From Ginglymostoma cirratum (taxonomy: Eukaryota): a stretch of DNA of 64,000 nucleotides. Positions 24,396 through 34,859 of this stretch are shown one piece after another. The first letter of the stretch is position 1; every line of letters begins with the position of its first letter. The DNA lies in contig JAHRHZ010000099.1 in assembly GCA_024137785.1 (NCBI GenBank), forward strand, positions 4,156,384-4,220,383, given 5' to 3'. Made by a program: the position numbers and the translations under genes. The notes under the pieces were generated by a model that did no database searches, was not told the origin of the DNA, and saw only the letters and a program-made list of their open reading frames with translations.

Positions 24396-26992
24396 ACTTG
24401 GAACGAATTGGAGGTGCGCACCTTTGGAATTCCTTTGGCATTGTTCTTGGGCTGAGTTGGTTGACTTCCACAATCACAACCATTGCCCTTTGTGTGATAG
24501 TTCCATGTAATGGAGAGTATTGCATCAATTCCCATTGTCTTCTGCTTTTATTAGGGTTCCCTAATGTAACATTCAGTTAATTGCTGCCTTGATATCAAGG
24601 GTAATTATTTTCCCCTCCCTTCTGAAATTCAGCCTTCTTGTCCATGTTTGAATGAAGGCTGTATTGGGGTCTGGAGCTACATGGCTTGGATGGAAATCAA
24701 ATTGAGCTTTAATTGACCAGCTTGTTGCTAAGTATGTGTGGCTTGATGGCACTGTCAATAACAAGGTTTACTATTTTAATGATGTTTGGGTAGACAGTAT
24801 ATACCCAGGCACGTTTCCACATTCTTGACTAGGTTGCAATGTTGCTGCTGCACTGGAACAACTTGACTAAGGCTGTAGTTGGTTCTTGAGCACAAATCTT
24901 TAGTACACATTTGAGCTGGGGTCAGGGTGCAAAGTCTCTGCTATGTCTATTTCTTTAAAACCATTTCTTGGTAGTTTGTGGCATGAATCAAATTGTCTGA
25001 ACGCTAGGATATGTGATAGTCAGGACCTCGGGAGGAAGCCAAGGTTGATTATTCACTGCTGGCTGGAGATGGTGTCAAAGACTTTAACCTTGTCTTTAGC
25101 ATTAATGCGGTGGTTGCAGCTGTCATTGAGTAGGGAGCTGCTTTTGAGCTGACTCCTGGGTACAGTATAATTGTCTGTCACTATTTGTGACTAGATATGG
25201 CAGGCTGCCAATCTTTATCTATCTGTTGGTTGTGGGATTATTTCAAATCTGTCTATAGCATGCTTCTGTTGTCTAGCATGCATGTAGCCTGGTGTTGTAA
25301 CTTCACTACACTGGCACCTCATTTTTGGGTATTCCTGATGTAGCTTCTGGCATGCTTTCCTATAGTCCTCATGGAACCAGGATTGGTCCTCTAGCTTGAT
25401 TGTAATGGTAGAGTGAGGGATATGCCGTGCCAGGAGATTATAGACTGTGGTTGAGAAGCACACAGAGAATTGGTTGTCTACAGCCAAAATTCAGCTTGTC
25501 TCACCCCCTGCCGTTTTCCAATAATCCGGCAATTTTTAAAATGTCTTCAAATGTTTATTCAATTCCCCTTCAAACACCATAACTGAATCTGCTTCTACCA
25601 CCCTGCTAGTCAGTGTATACAAAAGTGTTCTCATGTCTCCTTTAATAACCCTAAACCAATGTCATGTGGCAAGAGTGGATCAATTTGAGCCTTTGGGCCT
25701 CCTCTGCCATTCAATAAGATCATGGCTGATCTGATTTTAACCTCACATTTGAAGTGCTGAATTGTCTTGTTCTCCCATAGGTGTATTCCTGCTGCAACTT
25801 TCCATCTCTTTCCCAGGCCCATTCCCAATAATGGCTCTATCTGCCAGTGGTACTTTAATTCGATATCTCTCAACTTGCTTTCTTACATTTCTATTCTTGG
25901 ACTAGGCTTTGTCTCCTATGCCCCCTCTCACTTAACTGTTATTATTTTTACACAATTTACAATCATATTCCAAATGTTTAAGCTTCTCTAACTGATACTG
26001 TCTATCATCTATCTGAAAACCTGTCATGGCGCTATTACAGTTAAACCTGGAACTACTTTCAACAAACAATCTGAGAAGACTCTATTGCAACTTTCACTTC
26101 TCCCCATCAAATTCCACACTTCTTCTGTCTCTACATGCTTCTGATTGCAGATGGTACATAATGCACATAATCAAAATTTACTAATTACAATAATAGTGAA
26201 ATTAAGGAAGTGGAGAGAACATGAAATAATACTTGTTACTCTGTTACTAAATGCAGTGCACTAAGTGACTCCATGAGCCCGTAGAATGAATGTAATGTTA
26301 GATTTCTTAAAATAAGTGTGTTTCATCTGAGTAAGCTGTCTATCCTGATATGAAAATATGAGCAGTGCTCTTTTCGATTAGATTCACGTTCAACAGGGGG
26401 AAACTAGGGACCACAAAACAACCAATACAGACATTTGTTATTTGCACATAGAAGTTAGCCTCCAAGATGAAAATTATATACCTTCACAAAGTATGATTAC
26501 TAGGAAAGAATGGTTATTCTGTCTGGTTTGCCAGGTGTTTGGGATGCCATCATTATTTGCATAAAAGTGTTAACTGTAGCTTGATGAACTATTCAAATTC
26601 CTCGTAAGGATGTTTGTTTCATGTTATTACAAGAGTTAGTTACTCTTAAAACTAGTTAGTCTATAAACGTGACCATTTTAAAATCTATTTTGAGCTTCTC
26701 ATGAAAGTTCACATGCCTGAAATTAATTCTGTTTTAACCTTTTATACCTGCTCCCAAATTTGCTGATTTATTTTCATCATTATCAGTTTTATTACAGATT
26801 CTTAGCATTCATAGTAATTTGCTTTTGTGTTGAACTTCTGTTTTCACCTTTTACAAAGGGGTGAGGGTCTTTTTTTTAAATTTAATTCTGTACTTTTTAA
26901 CTAGTTATCAATATTTCTCAGTGATTTGAGGATGCTGTTCTCCTTTCTGCACTTCACTAGCCTTTGTGCTTTCTTTCTCCTACTTTCAACAG

Positions 26993-27163
26993 GAGTTCCA
27001 TGCTCAAATGGAGGAAATGGAGGTAACTGTACGACAGCTGGAAGAGGATCTTGCTGCTGCCCGTCGACGAGCTGACCTCTATGAGTCTGAACTCCGGGAT
27101 ACTCGAATTACAGCAGATGAGTATAGGCGGAAAGCAGCTGAATCCCAGCAGAAACTACAGAAG
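26993..27163 (+). CDS. CIT: CIT exon (57 aa, [10 protein letters not shown]...[12 protein letters not shown]...QQKLQK), phase 0/0
   Basis: Long pyrimidine tract + caacag acceptor, gttggt donor; [19 protein letters not shown] motif. Confidence 0.95.
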
Positions 27164-27783
27164 GTTGGTCTGTGTATCTGCCCGAACAATGAGTGAGTGT
27201 GAGGTGGAATGTCTGCCAAGCTGATGAATTGGAATGTTACATACCGAGGAACCTGAGATGCTGAGAGGTTATTGACATTTCATAAACAGGAGGGACTGTC
27301 ACAGTGACAGGATGTACATTTTACACCGTGATAGTCATGCTTGAGTTAAGATTAACTAAGTTCCTAGCTGAAATCTAGACGCTACTTAGCTGCTTCTCAT
27401 TCTCACTAGGTTGGGTATCTTAACTTCCTTGTAGTTCTCGAAGCATTCATCATGACAGATGGTAGACTTGGGTGAAAATAAACTCATGCACTCCATATGC
27501 TGAAGGTCTTTACATATTCTATAATAAACATCTTTTGAGGTTAGTCAGCGACTGTACCATGTCACCTATTGAACTTTGTTTCTATTTTTGGCTACTTACT
27601 TTGTTTTGAAAGCCTAGCAATGTGTATTGTGTTTTGTGTATTTTTATATTATTTATCGTTATGGAGCAATTCTGCTCAAATTTTAAGAATGGATTCTGTG
27701 CAGTATGATCATTTGTAAGGGGACAGAGTCCATACACCATTTCGATTCAAGTCACTGACATCAAGACTGTATTCCATTCACAG

Positions 27784-27837
27784 ACCAGAGACCAAGGAAA
27801 AGCTGAAGTTGGAGAGGTGTATGCCAAATTGGAAAAG
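27784..27837 (+). CDS. CIT: CIT small exon (18 aa, TRDQGKAEVGEVYAKLEK), phase 0/0
   Basis: ttcacag acceptor, gtttgt donor; matches mammalian AKDQGKPEVGEYAKLEK with one extra residue. Confidence 0.92.
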
Positions 27838-28808
27838 GTTTGTATTTTGTGTGTTATTGACCTTTCTTCACTAACTCATTTGTCATTTAGATGCATTATT
27901 TGGCTTTACCTCCACAATATAAATAAATGACTGTTATTTAAATAATTTACTGTTAACATATTAAAAAAGCTTCACATTTTTTAAAAATTGGAGACTTTCC
28001 CAATAGGAATGTATTGCTTGCTTAGATTTGGATTGACATCAAGGCAACCTTTAAATGAATCTGTTCTAGAATTGCGCCTCTGTAGGGATTGAGGCAGGTA
28101 GTAGGGAACAATATATAAGCAAGACATACATGCATTTATGATTGTAAATAAATATAAGGTGTATGTAAGAGGTAGAGCTGAACGGTGCAGAACTGGAGGT
28201 AAGAGTAAAGTAATGTATTTGCTAAATAAAATCAAAAAATTGGAGATGGTTCTACCATAGTATTACAGAAAGCAGTCTGATTAGTGTTATGTTGAGGTTA
28301 CTCCAAAATATAACCATACTGTTACTTAAAACATACCTAGTATCTTAAAACTTAGTGTGCTATTTTTGGCATGTTGTTGAGAGCTGGGGCGTGTTATCTG
28401 AATATGGGTAGTGTGCAATTTAAAGTGCATTCAGTGCTTGGGCTGGAAAACACATTGTTGACCACAAAGCTAACAAATACTTTGAGAAAACGATAGACAA
28501 AGTTGAATGTCCTATAAACTGCAATTCAATTATGTAAGCATTACCATTGTTAATGTGCAGTTGATAAACTACAAGGGGACCCATTTGATGGTTTTGATTT
28601 AAGAAGTTGCCTCAACTCAACTATTAATCACTTGTTCTGTAATTTTTAAATTGCAAAATATTGGTCTTTTATTGACGCCTACCCACTAAATAACGGACAG
28701 TAATGTGTATAAATTTAAGGTTGGAGACGTATGAAAATACTGTGAAAATAAAAACATGTTTTGTAAATTTTTGTCCATTGAAGTCAAGACCTATTATGTG
28801 TCTTTCAG

Positions 28809-28862
28809 ATGAATGCAGAACAGCAGAAGAAAATACAGGAATTACAGGAAAAACTCGCAAAG
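28809..28862 (+). CDS. CIT: CIT small exon (18 aa, MNAEQQKKIQELQEKLAK), phase 0/0
   Basis: tctttcag acceptor, gtaata donor; matches INAEQQLKIQELQEKLEK. Confidence 0.94.
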
Positions 28863-29309
28863 GTAATACAATTTAGTGGTTACTATTACCAAGAGGATGG
28901 AGTGTAGTTGAGTTTAATGGTAGTCATTTTCATTGAAAAGATGTAAATAGTTTCAAAATATATGGAGATGCAATTTTCTTTGTATGGATGAATATTCTAC
29001 AGTTCAAATACCTGGGATACTGTGGAGGATAGATGTTCATGGTGAAAGGGTTATATAAAAAGGCCTGGTTGTTAGATTTTTTTTCTGCTTTCTATGTTGA
29101 AATAAAGCTATGTGACAATAAACAAATGGGACTTGCTAAAAGTTGCGAAAGACAAATTTAACAGCTATCTTGAAGTCTTTGTGCAGAGGGTGGCCAGCAG
29201 ATGAAAGAGACCATTGGGATCCCAACACTGGATTCACACGGAAATAGCATGTTGCTGTATTAGGAACTTGTTGTTCAGAAATGTGAGCTTAAGTTGAATA
29301 GTTGGACAT

Positions 29310-29650
29310 GGGGCGGCACAGTGGCTCAGTGGTTAGCACTGCTGCCTCACAGCGCCAGGGACCCAGGTTCGATTCCAGCCTCGGGCGTCTGTCTGTGTGG
29401 AGTTTGCACATTCTCCCCGTGTCTGCGTGGGTTTCCTCCGGGTGCACCGGTTTCCTCCCACAGTCCAAAGATGTGCAGGTTAGGTGGATTGGCCATGCTA
29501 AATTGTCCATAGTGTTCAGGGAGGTGTAGGTTAGGTGGGTTGTTGTGGGGGTGGGTTTGGGTGGGATGCTCTGAGGTTCGGTGTGGACTTGTTGGGCCGA
29601 AGGGCCTGTTTCCACACTGTGAGGGATTCTAAGAAGATTCTAAGAAGATC
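29310..29650 (+). mobile_element. HE1 SINE (elasmobranch V-SINE), full length and young
   Basis: tRNA head GGGCGGCACAGTGGCTCAGTGGTTAGCACTGCTGCCTCACAGCGCCAGGGACCCAGGTTCGATTCC, V-domain GTGTGGAGTTTGCACATTCTCCCCGTGTCTGCGTGGGTTTCCTCC, CR1-like tail GGGCCGAAGGGCCTGTTTCC, terminal (gattctaagaa)x2. Confidence 0.93.
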
Positions 29651-30399
29651 TTATCTCCTTGCATCGTACAGTATACAGTTTGAGCCTGTTAAAGCAAATC
29701 ATCCTTGTAATTTGGCAGCTAACTGCACTAAATACTTTTACCAAGTCGCATGGAAAAATAAAATGAATGTCTAGCAGGAGTTTAGTCTCTTCTAAATGTA
29801 TTTATGACGTGTCTGACTCTGGAATCTGCAGTGCTACCATTATATCCTGTTGGTTCCTGGTTTGAATTGGGAGGTAGAAAGACTTTGGGATGTATTGCTT
29901 GATATGAATTGTCAGTCATTGCTGCCATCAAGCCACAAGTAATTATCTATCACACAAATGAATAATGTGATATAGGTTTGCTTGCTGGTGTGTTGTCAGG
30001 TATGTAGGCCATGCCTGTCAGTGACTGGTTGACTGTGTATCAAACAACACATCCCAATGATGATTTGTAGCATGCTGATGTGCTCCAGTAGCCTATGCTT
30101 GTAATCCTTAAAATGTTATGTCTATCATTTGATCAGATATTGTTATTGGGCAGCATTTATTAAATAATCCATACTGTGCTAAGAATGACACCAGATGTCA
30201 ATTTAAGGTTATCAAATCAGGTGCGCAGTATGATGCATTTGCATGTGCTAGAAATTACATATCTGAACACACAGGAGCTGCCTTTATGTAAGTAATGGAC
30301 TTCCTATAGACATTGCATGCTTTCATTTATGAGTTGAACAAAGGGGTCATGGAGTATGCCAGTCTTTGCTGAATTTCCATGCCAATACGCTGAAGAATC

Positions 30400-30630
30400 T
30401 GTCTATCTGCCTGATCTAAGAGCTAAGACTGACAATTAACTGTTGCTGCTGCATCTCCATAACAACGATAGTCTAACAAATCAACTTACTACTCTCATGC
30501 TGCTTAAGTTGGTATCCACTTTTTCAAGTCTGTTTCTTACATCCTAGTCCTGACGAGTACAAGACGAAAAGCTTTGATTTGTCTCATTTGAGTATTGTTT
30601 AAGTTCTGTACTACCCAGCGATTATTTATT
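30400..30630 (+). mobile_element. Probable PLE terminus of a different family with a minimal hammerhead at 30547-30578
   Basis: GTC-CTGACGA-GT-ACAAG-AC-GAAA-AGCT-TT-GAT. Confidence 0.6.
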
Positions 30631-30970
30631 AGTAATCTGATGTGATCAATCACTAAATGACATTAACGGTTACCTCTGGAGGATATCAATCAGACCTGAG
30701 AATTTAATTGATAGTATACATAAGTAATCAATACACATGGATACCAAAAATAAAATTCAAATATGAAAATTTAGCTAAGTCTATTTAATTTAGTTGAAGT
30801 TCCTATATAAGTTTATGTTCTAAACATCTGGGTTAGAGATGAGGACTCAGGTGTGGTGACCCACAGGAAACTAAAATCAATTTTTGTCAGAAAAGCACTT
30901 GGCTTAAATACTAAAAATGAATGCTAAATGGACTCTATCTTGCATCATTTTTGCTCTTTGACTCTTTCAG

Positions 30971-31111
30971 GCAGTGAAAGCAAGCTCTGAAGCTACAGAT
31001 CTTTTACAGAATGTGCGTCAAGCTAAAGAACGTGCAGAGAGAGACCTTGAGAAACTACAGGGTCGTGAGAACTCCAGTGAAAGTATCAGGAAGAAACTGG
31101 TGGAGTCTGAG
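30971..31111 (+). CDS. CIT: CIT exon (47 aa, [47 protein letters not shown]), phase 0/0
   Basis: ctctttcag acceptor, gtacgg donor; matches [30 protein letters not shown]. Confidence 0.95.
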
Positions 31112-31659
31112 GTACGGTATAGAATTAAATGCTGAACACAGTTTGTCATTGCAATTGAGCCTAAATAGACTTTCAGTAGAAGCTGTAAGGCAAAAACTAG
31201 TACAAGGTGTCTTTAGGATAAGGTGGTTCAGTTGACAAGTAACAAGTGCTCACCTGAAAGCAAAATGCTGGCCATCCCAGAGCTCTTTCCTGACTTTGCA
31301 TTTCTTTCAACTATTTGCTCGACAAAATGCATTTTCATTTTAAGAACCTAAGTTGCACCACACCCATACTTCTACTCTTTCATCCACAACCTTTACAAAT
31401 TTCTGGCTATCAGTTCAGTTGCCTTTGCTGTGTCTCCAAACTTTCCCAGGCCCTCTGACTTGGACTTTTGGCCATAGCTTCACCACCCCTGCTCCAAAAT
31501 CCAAATCTTTCTTAGTTTCTCCCCTTTATTTCCTCATACTTAGTTTGATCTCATAGCGACCATAAAACCCATGTACTATTCATTTGATCTCATTCCAACG
31601 AAACTGCCGACCATCCAACTGCTGCCCTGGTTCCATACCAGCTGACATTGTGACTAGTT

Positions 31660-31800
31660 TAAAAACAAAGAATGCTGGAGAACCTAAGCGCGTCTGGCAG
31701 CATCTGTGGAGAAAGAAACAAGGAGAAAGTCCAATATGACTTTTTCAGATTCTAAGCTTTTATTTCAGATTTCTCGCATTGGCAGTATTTTGCCTTATTG
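31660..31800. mobile_element. Decayed PLE-terminus repeat
   Basis: aatgctggagaacc..gtctggcagcatctgtggagaaagaaac; same family as 475-640. Confidence 0.65.
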
Positions 31801-31992
31801 TAAATTGTTTCTTTATCTTGGGGTACTATTGTCTGCCCTTCCATTTCAAAGTTACACTGTAAACCTGTCATGGCCCTAACCTCTCTGCCTTTATAAATTG
31901 TTGACCTCACCCTGAACTCTTTCCTCTTTGATCTTGATTATTGTCACTTCCCAGACCGATATGTCTTTTCCACAGCTCTCTGCTTGGTTCTA

Positions 31993-32168
31993 TCAAGTAA
32001 TCTTGCAGTGGTTTTTCACATGATATGTTTCACTGTCCAGTGTGTTGCCAACCGTTATGACTAAATAAGGGTGACTTATACTGTGATGGTGTGCTGCGTG
32101 AGGATGTATGAGGATATAGTATCATATTTTAATGAATGAGTTACCTGGGAAATTTGAAGTCTTTAGTG
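31993..32168. repeat. Direct repeat copy 1 (~175 bp, unidentified)
   Basis: Aligns end to end with 34571-34732. Confidence 0.9.
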
Positions 32169-32460
32169 CATTGAAATTGCTGTAAACAAAGTCACAAGTC
32201 CTATCTCCTGTGACTTATCATGTTGGATGAAACTTCTTTGTCATCTTCAAACACACTTCTACCTTCAACACAACAACCAAATCTCTATTTCCTCTCCCCA
32301 TTTGTCCAGCTCTGCCTTTTGGATTCTTTTTTGCCTAATTGTTTGCAGCCAAAGCGTTTGAATTAACGTTTTTTTTCTCCCTTCCTCTGTGCCTTTAACT
32401 TGATCAGGTATGGAGTGGTGGGAGAGCTATTCCTGCCCTCTGCAAAAGGTCTTGAACTCC

Positions 32461-32673
32461 GAGAAAGGAAGAACTGCAGATGCTGCAGTCCGAGATAACA
32501 CAGTGTAGGGCTGGAGGAACACAGCATGCCAGGCAGCATCAAAGGAGCAGGAAAGTTGACATATTGGGTCAGGACTCCTTTTTCTGAAGAAGGGTCCCGA
32601 CCCAAAACGTCAACTTTCCTGCTCCTCTGATGCTGCCTGGCCTGCTATGTTCCTCCAGCTCCACATTGTTAGC
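32461..32673. mobile_element. PLE-terminus-derived hairpin element with 11-bp TSD; hammerhead core with G12>A
   Basis: TSD tcttgaactcc at 32450-32460 and 32674-32684; CTGAAGA-A-GGGTC-CC-GACCC-AAAA-CGTC at 32584-32611; ~90-nt inverted arms. Confidence 0.85.
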
Positions 32674-33007
32674 TCTTGAACTCCACCTTGTTGCTTACGT
32701 TCTTTCCCATGGACACATGTCAGTTTCCAAGTGAATTTTGAGGAATCTGAATCTTTCTTTCTTTTTCAATCCTTCTTTAGGTCTTTTTCCTTCCTATCTC
32801 TGTAAGTTCCTTCAGCAATATCACCACCACGTAGCTCTTCATGGTTCAGACATTGGCCCCTTGTGCATTTCCCTGATCCTTCACCTCACCAGGCACTTGT
32901 GCCTTCTGCTGTCTAGAGACTATGCTCCAGAATTCCCTCCTTAAATTCTGTACTAGAGAACAGTTGCATGATGTACAGCACTGGAAAATAAACACCACTC
33001 TTTTCTG

Positions 33008-33105
33008 ACAATGATGACTGCATTTCAAAAGTGCTTCATTAGCTGTGAAGTGTGCTGAGATATCCTGAGGTTTTGCAAAGGCACTAAATGAATTCAACTT
33101 TCTGT
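33008..33105 (+). mobile_element. DeuSINE (SacSINE1/AmnSINE1-like) 3' fragment
   Basis: catttcaaaagtgcttcattagctgtgaagtg..tcctgaggtt..aaaggcact resembles the Deu-domain end and tail as remembered. Confidence 0.65.
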
Positions 33106-33577
33106 TTTTTTACCAGTATGAAGCCATTATGTTTCAGACAGGTAGCCATCCGATTAATATGTCCAATGTGTTGTTAAACATGCAAGAAAGTTTTGGTCAA
33201 TCTTGAAAGGTATGCTGCTCTTTGGAGACCCAGTCATGGTTCACATGCTGTAGGACAGACATGACTGTTCATTTAATAATCAATTATCTTTTTTTATTTA
33301 TAGAAGTTTTGTTAACATTACCATCAAGCCACTTAACATGCAATGTGATATATGGGCATTCTCTTAATAATTTGGTGTAAAATATTGCTTGAAAATTACA
33401 GTGTCCTGTGAGTTGCCTTGTATGCATTTAAGGCAGAGTTGATTTTTTTTTTCAAAATATAGTTAAGTGACTGACAAATGGTTTATTTTTACAATCATTT
33501 GTGTGGTCATGTGTTAACAACCTGTGCAGCTGACATTGTAGATCCAACAGTAATTTTGATTGTGTTCATAACTGTAG

Positions 33578-33703
33578 GAACGCCGCAAGTCTCTGGAGAA
33601 CCAAGTGAAACGACTTGAAATGGTAGAGCGGAGAGAAAACAAGTTAAAGGAAGATTTGCAGACAAAATCTCAGCAGATCCAGCAAATGGCTCAGAAAATC
33701 CTG
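33578..33703 (+). CDS. CIT: CIT exon (42 aa, [42 protein letters not shown]), phase 0/0
   Basis: actgtag acceptor, gtatgt donor; matches [42 protein letters not shown]. Confidence 0.95.
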
Positions 33704-34570
33704 GTATGTGTAAGATGTTGATAATGATGCCCAGGAAGTGAAAATTACAGAATCACATTAGCAGTGTAAAAGGAAACCTACCTGTTAGGAAGCTAACGAA
33801 AAGAAATTGTTATAAATCTTCCTAATCACCCCTGGCCTTTATCCGCTTCATGGTTTGGTACATTTTACAGGGCCACCACCTTCACTTAGCCACCTGGGCA
33901 TGTAACCATTTTGAAGATATTAGCATGCTGTGGTTCAAGTTGACCACTGTCAGATCACCTGTAGGGGTCTGGTATTGATTCATTACCATTTTCATTCCAC
34001 CTGTAGCTTCTCACAGCAAAGTCCAAGGAAAACAATCAGCTTCTCTAAACTGGTACTGGTTTTCCTTAAACTGTGCTGGAAAGATGCCTGACACTGCCCT
34101 GCTGTAGTGGCTGTATGCTCGATGTAAAGCATTTAATTTGTCAGTTTTTTGATTTTGCAATCTTATACAGCTTAATGCACTCTATTAGGCGTCACAATGA
34201 TTGCTGTAAAGTCTTCTTCTGTGACATTGTTATGCAGGAATAGATTCTCATTGGAAAGTTAAGAGACTGGAGCGGTAGGATCAGTGAAGATAAGTTTTCT
34301 GGATGTGGGAGCCTTGCCTTTGCAAAAGTAGGAAAGGTGAATTTGGACTGGGGATTGATGGTGGAAGAAGAAGACAGTGTGTTTTTATAAAGAAACATAA
34401 TTTAATGTCCTAAACATGCTGTGAAACTTGGTTTCTTGTGTCAATTTATGCAATAGTCTATCAAGCACTGCAGTCATTTAGAACACTGAAAAAGGGAATA
34501 AAATAGGTTACTGAATCAACAAACATAAAAGGGACTATAGATAGCAGTGTTTGAGGTTAGCATCAAGATT

Positions 34571-34732
34571 TCAAGTAATCTTGCTGTGGTTTTTCACAAG
34601 GTATGTTTCACTGAACAGTGTGTTGCCAACAGTTTTGACTAAATAAAGGTGATTTACACGGTGGTGCACTGTATGAGGATGTAATATCTTATTTTAATGA
34701 ATGTGTTACCGGGAAATTTGAAGTCTTTAGTG
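34571..34732. repeat. Direct repeat copy 2 (~160 bp, unidentified)
   Basis: Aligns end to end with 31993-32168. Confidence 0.9.
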
Positions 34733-34859
34733 AGTTGATCATTCACCTTTGGCATTACATGAGGTGCAAGACAGTTATGCTATGAAAAGATTTGATGTCT
34801 CAACCTTGTCTTCACAAAAATTAGATACTAACCAAGTTTTTGTTTCATACACATTGCAA

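Larger units (their letters stand above)
22870..25490 (-). mobile_element. Second-family LINE (CR1/L2 group), decayed, interrupted by a PLE hairpin and a SINE cluster
   Basis: ccagcatttattg tail at ~22903; ITLDIKAA(F) RT motif (ORF 24573-24764); LLARHIPHSTITIK..DQSWF. Confidence 0.7.
31240..33000 (+). mobile_element. Scattered, very decayed L2 LINE ORF2 fragments with younger insertions
   Basis: KPMYYSFDLIPTKL resembles the L2 motif (SC.LDPIPT.LL); pyrimidine-rich L2-like composition. Confidence 0.5.

Noticed and set aside
29310-29385. tRNA gene
   Set aside because: A and B boxes are present, but the sequence continues into the V-domain and LINE tail, so it is the head of an HE1 SINE.
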